A stretch of DNA of 38,844 nt, taken from the NCBI GenBank assembly GCA_041563675.1, contig JBFGRM010000001.1, positions 1 to 38,844 of the forward strand, in the 5' to 3' direction. The stretch comes from Nitrospiraceae bacterium. Lineage in GTDB: Bacteria; Nitrospirota; Nitrospiria; Nitrospirales; Nitrospiraceae. A program made the translations under genes and the position numbers. Numbering within the stretch: position 1 is the stretch's first letter; each line of letters opens with the position of its first letter. Below the pieces are notes generated by a model, which was not told the DNA's origin, did no database searches, and saw nothing but the letters and a program-made list of their open reading frames with translations. Shown piece by piece: positions 26,305 through 33,653 of the stretch.

Positions 26305-27384
26305 TTACCGCCCCAGCACCTTCCCGAAAGCTTCCAGGAAGCGGCTGTTCTCGTCGGGCAACCCAACCGTCACACGCAACATGCGTCCGCCCATGTGGCG
26401 GACGATCACGCCTTCGCGGAGCAAGGCCTGAAACACGTCGGCGCCGTCCCGCCCGGCGTCGAAGTACAGAAAATTCGCCTCGCTCGGCACGACCTGGATT
26501 CCCAACTTTCCGAGTTCCTGCTGCAACCGAAGGAGTTGCGCCTCGTTCATCGCGCGGCTCTCAGCGACGTGATCCTCGTCTTCCAGGGCCGCCAGCGCCG
26601 CGTGTTGGGCAACGCTGTTGGCGTTAAAGGGCGGCCGGACACGGTTCAGATATCCGGCGATCTCCGTAGTTGTCAGCCCGTACCCGATACGGAGACCCGC
26701 CAGGCCATAGATCTTGGAGAACGTTCTCAGGACCGCCACGTTCCGGCCCGCTGCCAGATGGTGCAAGGCATTCGGAAAGCTCGCGCTCCGGACGTATTCG
26801 TAATAGGCCTCGTCGAACACCACGATGACGTGGTCGGGCAAACGGGCCATGAGACGTTCCACCTCATCGCCTGTCACGATCGTGCCCGTCGGGTTGTTCG
26901 GGTTGCACACAAACAACAGCTTGGTCCTCGGCGTCACCGCTTCGGCCATGGCCGGCAGGTCGTGTCGCCAGTCCTTCAGCGGCACCTCAACGGACTTGGC
27001 GTGGCAGGCGGTCACCACCATTTTATAGATGACAAAGGTTCGGTCAGCCATCACCGCTTCGTCGTCCGGCCCGAGAAAGGCCCGGGCCAGGAGCCCGAGC
27101 ACCTCGTCCGACCCGTTGCCAAGGATGACCTGGTCCGATTCAACCTTCCAGCGGTGCGCGAGGGCGGCGCGCAGCTTGTGGGCGCCGCCGTCCGGATAGC
27201 GATTGAGCGTTGCGGCGGTGGCGGCGATGGACGCGACGGCTTTGGGCGAGGGGCCGCGGGGGTTTTCATTGGAGGCCAGCTTGACGGCGCGGGCGATACC
27301 GAGCTCGCGCTCCAGCTCCTCGACGGGCTTCCCGGGCACATAGGGTACCAGCGAGGCGATGTGGCGGTTGACGTTCAGCGACAT
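26305..27384 (-). CDS. hisC: Histidinol-phosphate / aromatic aminotransferase (class II)
   Basis: Motifs are LASNENP.GPSP, NPNNPTG, DEAY.EY, and RTFSKIYGLAGLRIGY (the PLP lysine). Confidence 0.9.
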   Translation of the reverse strand: MSLNVNRHIASLVPYVPGKPVEELERELGIARAVKLASNENPRGPSPKAVASIAATAATLNRYPDGGAHKLRAALAHRWKVESDQVILGNGSDEVLGLLARAFLGPDDEAVMADRTFVIYKMVVTACHAKSVEVPLKDWRHDLPAMAEAVTPRTKLLFVCNPNNPTGTIVTGDEVERLMARLPDHVIVVFDEAYYEYVRSASFPNALHHLAAGRNVAVLRTFSKIYGLAGLRIGYGLTTTEIAGYLNRVRPPFNANSVAQHAALAALEDEDHVAESRAMNEAQLLRLQQELGKLGIQVVPSEANFLYFDAGRDGADVFQALLREGVIVRHMGGRMLRVTVGLPDENSRFLEAFGKVLGR

Positions 27385-27388
27385 AGGC

Positions 27389-28582
27389 TTAGCGATTGAA
27401 TGGGAACGACCCGAGCACCTTCATGAACAGGCAGCGGCCCTTGATCTCCTCCAAGGCCTTCTTGACGCGGTCCTCTTCGATGTGCCCTTCCACGTCGATG
27501 AAGAACAGGTACTCCCAGGCCTTCCGCCGGGAAGGCCGTGATTCGATCTTCGTCATGTTGATCCCGTGCGAGGCGAACGGGCGAAGCAGATCGTACAGGG
27601 CACCGACCCGGTCCTTCACCGACAGCATCACGCAGGTTTTGTCCTTCCCCGTTCGCTCGGACGGCTTCTGCGAGAGAATGAGGAACCTCGTGAAGTTGTT
27701 GATGTTGTCCTCAATACGCGCGCGTAGCACCTTCAACCCGTAGAGTTGGGCCGCAAGCTCGGATGCGATGGCCGCCGCGGACGCGTCATCCAGACAGAGC
27801 TCGGCGGCGCGGGCCGTGCTCGGAACCTCGAGGACGGCGACGTCCGGCATATTGGTCTCCAGCCAGCTGCGACATTGGGCGATCGCGTGCGGATGGGAGT
27901 AGACCTTCTTGACGTCCTCCATCCTCCCCGCCTTGGAGAGCAGGTGGTGTGACACCTCCTGCAACACCTCGCCATAGATTTTCAAATTCGAGTCGATGAA
28001 CATGTCGAGGGTGTGATTCACCACGCCCTCGGTCGAATTTTCGATTGGCACCACGCCGAAGTTCGCGCGTCCGCGCTCCACTTCATTGAAGACCTCCGTG
28101 ATGCTGTTCACCGGCACATATTGCGCGGACTCGCCGAATTTCTGAATACAGGCCAGGTGCGTGAAGGTGGCGCGGGGCCCCAGATAGGCAACTTTTTGGG
28201 GACCCTCCAGCGAAAGGGAGGCGGACATGATCTCGCGGTAAACCGGACGGATGGCGTCGCTCGGGAACGGCCCCGTGTTCTGGCGCACGAGCCGATCGAC
28301 GACCTCGGCCTCGCGGCCGGGGGTATGGAGATGGTCGCCGGCCCCGGCTTTCCTCTTCAGTTTCCCGATCTCGATCACGTGCTGGGCGCGCTCGTTGAGC
28401 AGGCGCAGAATCGCGTCATCGAGCCGGTCGATCTCGCCTCGAAAGTGCTGAATGTCAGGTTCGGATCCCACGGAGGTGGCTGCTCCTTCGCGATCGCAGG
28501 TGGATGGTCGCACACCCGCCCCGGGCTGGTGGCCAGCTTCACCGAGCACCGGTCGACGTGCCGGGGACACCCCTCCAATCAT
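27389..28582 (-). CDS. pheA: Bifunctional chorismate mutase / prephenate dehydratase (P-protein) with a C-terminal ACT domain
   Basis: The CM part is FRGEIDRLDDAILRLLNERA. The PDT part is VAYLGP.ATFTH and PIENSTEGVV. The ACT part is SRPSR..WEY.FF(I)D.EGH. The real start may lie downstream of ATG 28582, because the first ~40 aa are low-complexity. Confidence 0.9.
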   Translation of the reverse strand: MIGGVSPARRPVLGEAGHQPGAGVRPSTCDREGAATSVGSEPDIQHFRGEIDRLDDAILRLLNERAQHVIEIGKLKRKAGAGDHLHTPGREAEVVDRLVRQNTGPFPSDAIRPVYREIMSASLSLEGPQKVAYLGPRATFTHLACIQKFGESAQYVPVNSITEVFNEVERGRANFGVVPIENSTEGVVNHTLDMFIDSNLKIYGEVLQEVSHHLLSKAGRMEDVKKVYSHPHAIAQCRSWLETNMPDVAVLEVPSTARAAELCLDDASAAAIASELAAQLYGLKVLRARIEDNINNFTRFLILSQKPSERTGKDKTCVMLSVKDRVGALYDLLRPFASHGINMTKIESRPSRRKAWEYLFFIDVEGHIEEDRVKKALEEIKGRCLFMKVLGSFPFNR

Positions 28583-28601
28583 GTACGCGGTGAGAACTAA
28601 A

Positions 28602-28631
28602 ATAGTACATAATGGGAGCGGAGATTTGCAA
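28602..28631 (-). promoter_or_regulatory. Candidate promoter TTGCAA-N18-TACTAT upstream of pheA (head of the long minus-strand array)
   Basis: The minus strand reads cTTGCAAatctccgctcccattatgTACTATtttag. It lies in an A/T-richer stretch of the 112-bp gap between ruvB and pheA. Confidence 0.3.
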
Positions 28632-28653
28632 GGATTCTCAAGAGGATTGGCTG

Positions 28654-28690
28654 GCCTCCGGAGGCGCGTCTTGGGGGAGGCCCCGCCTCC
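28654..28690 (-). terminator. Two adjacent GC hairpins directly after the ruvB stop
   Basis: GGAGGC-ccc-GCCTCC (28676-28690) begins 5 nt after the stop. It is followed by the 12-nt palindrome GCCTCCGGAGGC (28654-28665). No U-tract. Confidence 0.3.
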
Positions 28691-28694
28691 GCGC

Positions 28695-29702
28695 TCAGGG
28701 GAGCAAGTCCTTCATCTTGCCGAAATGCTCGTAGCTCATGCGCGTGGCTTGGCGCCCGCGGGCCGTCCGCTCGAGGTAGCCGGATTGGATGAGATAGGGC
28801 TCGTAGACGTCCTCGAGCGTCGCTCGGTCCTCATTCAATGCGGCGGCCAGCGCCTCGATGCCGACCGGTCCCCCGTTGAACTTCTCGAGGATGGCCTGCA
28901 ACAGCCGCCTGTCCATGTCATCCAGCCCGGCCCCGTCCACCCCCAGCCAGGACAGGGCATCCCGCGCCACCTGTGGCGTCAGGCGGCCCTGGGCCTGGAT
29001 TTGCGCGTAGTCACGAACCCGCCGCACAAGCCGGTTCGCGACCCTCGGTGTGCCCCGTGACCGCCTGGCGATCTCGGCCGCAGCTTCCGGCTCGATCGGG
29101 ACTGCCAGCAGGGTCGCTGTGCGGGTCACGATCGCCTCCAGCTCCGGCGGCGTATAAAACTCGAGCCGGTGTATCAACCCGAATCGGTCTCGCAACGGCG
29201 AGGTGAGCGCACCGGCGCGAGTCGTCGCTCCGACCAGCGTAAAGGGCGGAAGCTCGAGCTTGACCGTCCTGGCCGACGGTCCCTGGCCGACCACCAGGTC
29301 CAACTGGAAATCCTCCATGGCCGGATAGAGGGCCTCCTCGACGGACGCCGGAATCCGATGGATCTCGTCGATGAAGAGGACATCCCCCTCCTGAAGGTTC
29401 GTCAGGATGGCGGCGAGGTCCCCCGCATGCGCGAGGACGAGCCCGGATGTCGAGCGAATGGCGGCGCCCATCTCCCGGGCGATGATGTGGGCGATGGTCG
29501 TCTTGCCCAAACCGGGGGGCCCGTAAAAGATCGCGTGATCGAGCGGCTCCTTTCGCTGCTTCGCGGCCTCGATGCAGATACGCAGGGACTCCTTCATGCG
29601 TTCCTGGCCGACGTAGTCACCCAGGGCCTGCGGCCGGAGGGAAGCCTCGAGCCCACGCTCCTCCTCGGTTGCCTGTCCAGTGAACACTCGACCTTCCGTC
29701 AC
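28695..29702 (-). CDS. ruvB: Holliday junction branch-migration helicase RuvB
   Basis: Motifs are LRP..L.DY.GQ, Walker [10 protein letters not shown], Walker [17 protein letters not shown], and the winged-helix tail. The start is GTG 29702, with GGGAG 9 nt upstream. Confidence 0.95.
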   Translation of the reverse strand: MTEGRVFTGQATEEERGLEASLRPQALGDYVGQERMKESLRICIEAAKQRKEPLDHAIFYGPPGLGKTTIAHIIAREMGAAIRSTSGLVLAHAGDLAAILTNLQEGDVLFIDEIHRIPASVEEALYPAMEDFQLDLVVGQGPSARTVKLELPPFTLVGATTRAGALTSPLRDRFGLIHRLEFYTPPELEAIVTRTATLLAVPIEPEAAAEIARRSRGTPRVANRLVRRVRDYAQIQAQGRLTPQVARDALSWLGVDGAGLDDMDRRLLQAILEKFNGGPVGIEALAAALNEDRATLEDVYEPYLIQSGYLERTARGRQATRMSYEHFGKMKDLLP

Positions 29703-29716
29703 GGCAACGCACTCCC

Positions 29717-29783
29717 GTAATTGGGTAACTGGGGAAAAACCTTCCTTTGTCCGAATTACCCGATTACCGATTTACCCAGTTAC
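29717..29783. promoter_or_regulatory. Three copies of a 12-mer TTACCCNNTTAC (one inverted, two direct) in the gap upstream of ruvB; candidate operator
   Basis: The copies are GTAATTGGGTAA at 29717-29728 (reverse complement TTACCCAATTAC), TTACCCGATTAC at 29756-29767, and TTACCCAGTTAC at 29772-29783. The two direct copies are 16 bp apart, start to start. Confidence 0.4.
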
Positions 29784-29785
29784 GC

Positions 29786-30142
29786 TCATTCGTCCAGCTG
29801 ACATTGGCTCATCAAGCCGCTGTCCTCACTGCCGCAGCGGGACGGGACCATGGAGGTGCCGACCGTCGAGTACCCCTCGGGGCAGCTCCCACAGACGGCC
29901 AGCAGCCGGCTCCCGACCGGGACGCATTGGACGAGGGTCGGATCCCCCTCCTTGCAAATCTCGGGGGCGGTCGTGACGCCCGTCTTGGCATAGCCTTCCG
30001 GGCAGGACCCGCAGACCATCCGATTGCTCGGCGTCTCGTCATCCGCCGATTGGCTTCTTGCCGCATCCTGATGGCCGACGCTCAGTGCCAGGAGGACGCC
30101 AACCACGAGACCGGCCTTGATGGTGCGCACAAACTGCTCCAT
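29786..30142 (-). CDS. Small secreted cysteine-rich protein with an internal duplication (118 aa)
   Basis: It has a signal peptide (MEQFVRTIKAGLVVGVLLALSVG) and two modules, VCGSCPEGYAKTGVTTAPEICKEGDPTLVQC and VCGSCPEGYSTVGTSMVPSRCGSEDSGLMSQC, with 4 Cys each. The ATG lies 5 nt after the ruvA stop, with AGGGGG upstream. Confidence 0.65.
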   Translation of the reverse strand: MEQFVRTIKAGLVVGVLLALSVGHQDAARSQSADDETPSNRMVCGSCPEGYAKTGVTTAPEICKEGDPTLVQCVPVGSRLLAVCGSCPEGYSTVGTSMVPSRCGSEDSGLMSQCQLDE

Positions 30143-30147
30143 ATCAC

Positions 30148-30756
30148 CTACCCCCTTGCCAGATCCTTGAGCGCTTGACGGATGAGATCCTTGAGCGCGA
30201 ACGGGTGTCCGCCGGATGCCGAGAGGCGGTTGAGCACCCGCGCGACATCGGGTGACCGGTAGCCCAGATTGATCAAGGCGGACTGGGCGTCCTCGACGAC
30301 ATCGCGTCCCTCCACCGCCTTTTGGTCCACGAGGTGCGCGCGTGGCGGGGCCAGCCGCTCGACTTTGTCCTTGAGCTCCAACGCCAGTCTTCCCGCGGAC
30401 TTTTTGCCCACCCCGGGGACGCTTTCAAGCTTTTCGACGTCGCCGGCACGGATCGCCGACACCAGGTCCGTCACGCTCAGCGCCGACAGCACGCCGAGGG
30501 CAAGCTTGGGACCGATCCCCGACACACCCGTCAACAAGAGGAATGCGCCCTTCTCCTCACTCGTCAGAAACCCGTAGAGCTGGATGGCGTCGTCGCGAAG
30601 ATGGGTGTGAATCCTCAGAGAGGTCACCTGGTCGAGGTCGGGCAGCGCGTAGTATGTGCTGAGCGGAACGTGGACATCGTAACCGACACCCTGGACGTCG
30701 AGGATGACGCGGGTGGGCGCCTTCGAGGCCAGCCGGCCGGTGAGCGCGGCGATCAT
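30148..30756 (-). CDS. ruvA: Holliday junction DNA helicase subunit RuvA
   Basis: The sequence begins MIAALTGRL.....VILDV.GVGY.V.V. Also F..L..V.G(I)GPK.AL..L and GVGKK.A.R...EL..K. Confidence 0.92.
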   Translation of the reverse strand: MIAALTGRLASKAPTRVILDVQGVGYDVHVPLSTYYALPDLDQVTSLRIHTHLRDDAIQLYGFLTSEEKGAFLLLTGVSGIGPKLALGVLSALSVTDLVSAIRAGDVEKLESVPGVGKKSAGRLALELKDKVERLAPPRAHLVDQKAVEGRDVVEDAQSALINLGYRSPDVARVLNRLSASGGHPFALKDLIRQALKDLARG

Positions 30757-30796
30757 GTGCTCGGGTAGAAGGGTTGCGCGTGGCGCGCGTGACCGC

Positions 30797-31549
30797 TCAG
30801 GTCGCCGCGCCGACCTTTTCCATGATCTCGTCGGAGATGTCGAAGTTGGCGTGCACTTTCTGGACGTCGTCTTGATCGTCGAGTATCTCCATCAGCTTCA
30901 GCATCTGCTCGGCGGCCTTCTCGTCCAACTTCACCTGGTTCTGCGCGACATAGGTGACCTCGGCGAAGGACATCTCGATGTTCGCATCACCTAGGGCCTT
31001 CTTCACGGCCTCGAAGTCGGTGGGAGCCGTGGTGACCTCGAAGCTCTTCTCCACGACCTTCACGTCTTCAGCCCCGGCGTCCAGCGCGAGGGAGAGCAGT
31101 TGGTCCTCCTCGATCTTGTCCTTGTCGATGAGGAGCAGCCCCTTCTTCTGGAACTGCCAAGACACGGCCCCCGCCTCCGCCATGTTGCCGCTGTTCTTGG
31201 TGAGCAGGCTGCGAATCTCTGCGACCGTGCGGTTCCGATTGTCCGAGGTGATCTCGAGCAGCACCGCGGTGCCCCCGGGGCCGTACCCCTCCAGCGTGAA
31301 CTCCTCGTAGGTGACGCCCGGCAGCTCGCCGGTTCCGCGCTGGATGGCTTTCTTCATGGTGTCGGCGGGCATGTTCGCGTCCTTGGCCTTGCTGACGGCC
31401 AGGCGCAACCGGGGATTCATATCCGGATCCCCACCGCTCCGGGCGGCAATGGTCAACTCGCGGATGATGCGGGTGAACAGCTTCCCCCGCTTCGCGTCCA
31501 CGGCCGCCTTGTGTCGCTTGGTGGTGGCCCAGTGACTATGGCCGCCCAT
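30797..31549 (-). CDS. yebC: YebC/PmpR-family transcriptional regulator
   Basis: The sequence begins MGGHSHWATTKRHKAAVDAKRGKLFT..IREL..AAR.GG.DP..NPRLR.A...A. Confidence 0.93.
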   Translation of the reverse strand: MGGHSHWATTKRHKAAVDAKRGKLFTRIIRELTIAARSGGDPDMNPRLRLAVSKAKDANMPADTMKKAIQRGTGELPGVTYEEFTLEGYGPGGTAVLLEITSDNRNRTVAEIRSLLTKNSGNMAEAGAVSWQFQKKGLLLIDKDKIEEDQLLSLALDAGAEDVKVVEKSFEVTTAPTDFEAVKKALGDANIEMSFAEVTYVAQNQVKLDEKAAEQMLKLMEILDDQDDVQKVHANFDISDEIMEKVGAAT

Positions 31550-31632
31550 GAGTCGGATGTCCTTTTCCTAGCCCGTCCGTGCCCGTCGACCGTGAAACGG
31601 TTCGGGCCGCCGGGTTGTCGGGTAAGGATAGT

Positions 31633-31662
31633 TGTCTATCACAGGGTCCGCAAGGGTGTCAA
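31633..31662 (-). promoter_or_regulatory. Candidate promoter TTGACA-N18(TGa)-TAGACA upstream of yebC
   Basis: The minus strand reads gcgTTGACAcccttgcggaccctgTGaTAGACAac. The -35 is perfect, and the weak -10 is helped by an extended TGn. Confidence 0.3.
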
Positions 31663-31741
31663 CGCAACGGACTGACGCGCAGGCATCGGCGTTCATCCTT
31701 GGAAAGGCATGTGCGATGGACATGGCAGCGCACCTTCAACG

Positions 31742-31777
31742 AAAAAGGGCTCACCCGGCTGGCGCCGGATGAGCCCT
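31742..31777 (-). terminator. Rho-independent terminator ending the sulfate-assimilation operon
   Basis: The minus strand reads AGGGCTCAtCCGGCgccaGCCGGgTGAGCCCTTTTTcg. It has an 8-bp outer plus a 5-bp inner stem, then T5. It begins 28 nt after the stop of the 31806..32576 gene. Confidence 0.8.
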
Positions 31778-31805
31778 CCCATCGGAAGAGAACCTGTGGA
31801 CTGTC

Positions 31806-32576
31806 CTACATGAACTTCATGAACTTGTCCTTGGCCTCGTCCATCACCTCGGCCGTCACGCTCGTGGCGCCCTGCTCGCGCGCCAGCCGTTCGATTTCGC
31901 GCCGCGCCATCGGGCGGATGAAATCCGGAATATTATCGAGCCGCCGCTCCGCTTCCGGGGACCAGGCGATGCCGTTCGACTCGTTCTTGGAGTCGTCCAT
32001 CACTTGCAGGGTGATGCTCTTGAACCCCCGCTTGCGGGCGTAGGCTTCGACGCTGCTCTGCACCATCGGTTTTACGAAGGACGGAAGGCGATCCAACCGT
32101 TCCTTCGCATCCGGCGTCCAGGTGAAATCTGACGCGCCGCCCTGTGAGCCCGCCGACGCCCCCGTGCCGGTCAGCCCCATCTGGGCGACCATTTCCGAGA
32201 ACGGACACCCCCCACTCGACTTCTCCCCCTCCGAGGTGGTCGGAGAGGAGTTGCTCGGGGCCTCGGCGGCCGTGCTCCCGACGGGTTGCCCGCCGTGGAT
32301 TTTCTCGTTCAGATAATTGGTCATCTGATCCGCGCCGGCCAGCGCATCCTCCTTGAGCGTCCCTCTGGTCATCTCGAAGGGCTCCGCCGGCGCCGATCGA
32401 CCGCCGAGCTTGACGCCCAGGGAGCTGACCATCTGGGTTTCACCCGGGTTGGTCACCATCGAGAATTTCGCCCCGCAGGAGGGGCAGCCGAAGAAGACAC
32501 CCAGGGATCCCTCCGCGGGCTTCTCGACTTTTTCGAAGCTCATGTAGGTTTCGCAGTTGAGACAGACAAACTTCAT
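31806..32576 (-). CDS. Zinc-ribbon protein with two C-terminal PCP_red-type domains
   Basis: The N-terminus is CLNC-N17-CPSC. A Ser/Gly/Ala-rich linker contains GGCPF. The two domains are FTWTPDAKERLDRLPSFVKPMVQSSVEAYARKRGFKSIT and IAWSPEAERRLDNIPDFIRPMARREIERLAREQGATSVT. Confidence 0.8.
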   Translation of the reverse strand: MKFVCLNCETYMSFEKVEKPAEGSLGVFFGCPSCGAKFSMVTNPGETQMVSSLGVKLGGRSAPAEPFEMTRGTLKEDALAGADQMTNYLNEKIHGGQPVGSTAAEAPSNSSPTTSEGEKSSGGCPFSEMVAQMGLTGTGASAGSQGGASDFTWTPDAKERLDRLPSFVKPMVQSSVEAYARKRGFKSITLQVMDDSKNESNGIAWSPEAERRLDNIPDFIRPMARREIERLAREQGATSVTAEVMDEAKDKFMKFM

Positions 32577-32649
32577 GGCGAACCCCCAGCGAAGAATGGC
32601 GTCATAGGATCATGTGCGTCGCCGACGCGCTCTGGCTGTGCCCCACGAA

Positions 32650-33570
32650 TCAGAGCTTCTCGGCGAGCACTTTCTTGTAATCCAGAATCGTCGTCACCCG
32701 CTCGGCAATGTCCCGGTAGCGTTGAATGGTCGGGTAACTTTCGTCCAGCAGCGGGGTCCCTTTGTCGAAGGTCCGGGCCAGGGTGCGATCGAACGGGATC
32801 CGTCCGAGCAGGGGCACGCCCATGGCCTCGCACAGTGCGTCCGTGTTGCCCTCGAAGAGCTCGTGCTCCGATCCGCAGCTCGGGCACCGGTACGAGCTCA
32901 TGTTCTCGACCACGCCCAAGACCTTGATGCCCAGGTCGCGGGCATAGGCCACCGACTTTTGGACGACGTCGGAGGCGACCTCCGACGGGGTCGTGACCAC
33001 GATCGCGCCGGCAAGATCAGGGATGAACCCGGCGATGACCGGCGGCTTGTCGGCGGCCGCGCCCGGAGGGAGGTCGGTCAGCAGAAAGTCCAGATCACCC
33101 CAGAGAACATCGGCGAGGAATTCCCGGATCACGTTCATCTCCATCAGGCCCAGCCAGACCGGGCTGACGTCCATCGGCCCTTTCCAGCGCACCGGGGCGG
33201 CAGCCTGGAGAAAGAAGTCCATCGAGCCGACCTTGATCCCCAGCGGGCCCACCGGTGGGGTCGCGCCCTCGGGCGTCATGGTGAGCTGCTGCCCGTGCAT
33301 CCCCAGCATGCGGGGGACGCAGGGACCGTTCAAGTCCACGTCGAGGAGGCCCACGCGCTGCCCCTGGCGGGCCAGCGCGAGCGCGAGGTTCACGGTCGTC
33401 ATGCTCTTGCCGACGCCGCCCTTGCCGCTCATGACCACGAGTTTATTGCGGATCCCGGCCATGCGGCTCTGCACCTGCTGCATCTGCCCGGTGATCTGCT
33501 GGACGACCTTGGCGTCGTCGCTGTACTGGAGCCTATTGAGGATGCTCTTGAGATCCTTATCGTCTGCCAT
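32650..33570 (-). CDS. Mrp/NBP35/ApbC-family P-loop ATPase (Fe-S cluster carrier)
   Basis: The deviant Walker A is SGKGGVGKSMTTVNLA. Also LLDVDL.GP, DLPPG, and the CPSCGSEHELF cluster-bridging Cys pair. Confidence 0.9.
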   Translation of the reverse strand: MADDKDLKSILNRLQYSDDAKVVQQITGQMQQVQSRMAGIRNKLVVMSGKGGVGKSMTTVNLALALARQGQRVGLLDVDLNGPCVPRMLGMHGQQLTMTPEGATPPVGPLGIKVGSMDFFLQAAAPVRWKGPMDVSPVWLGLMEMNVIREFLADVLWGDLDFLLTDLPPGAAADKPPVIAGFIPDLAGAIVVTTPSEVASDVVQKSVAYARDLGIKVLGVVENMSSYRCPSCGSEHELFEGNTDALCEAMGVPLLGRIPFDRTLARTFDKGTPLLDESYPTIQRYRDIAERVTTILDYKKVLAEKL

Positions 33571-33653
33571 CGACCCTGCCTCTTCTCTTTCGGCACCCCG
33601 CGGGAGGAAAAGCGACTTACCGTATCATGGGGATTTCGACCCCGTCAAACCGC

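Noticed and set aside
29717-29783. TTACCC-containing repeats, considered as a mini CRISPR or telomere-like array
   Set aside because: There are only three 12-mers in mixed orientation, with no spacer-repeat periodicity and no cas genes. An operator is the more economical explanation.
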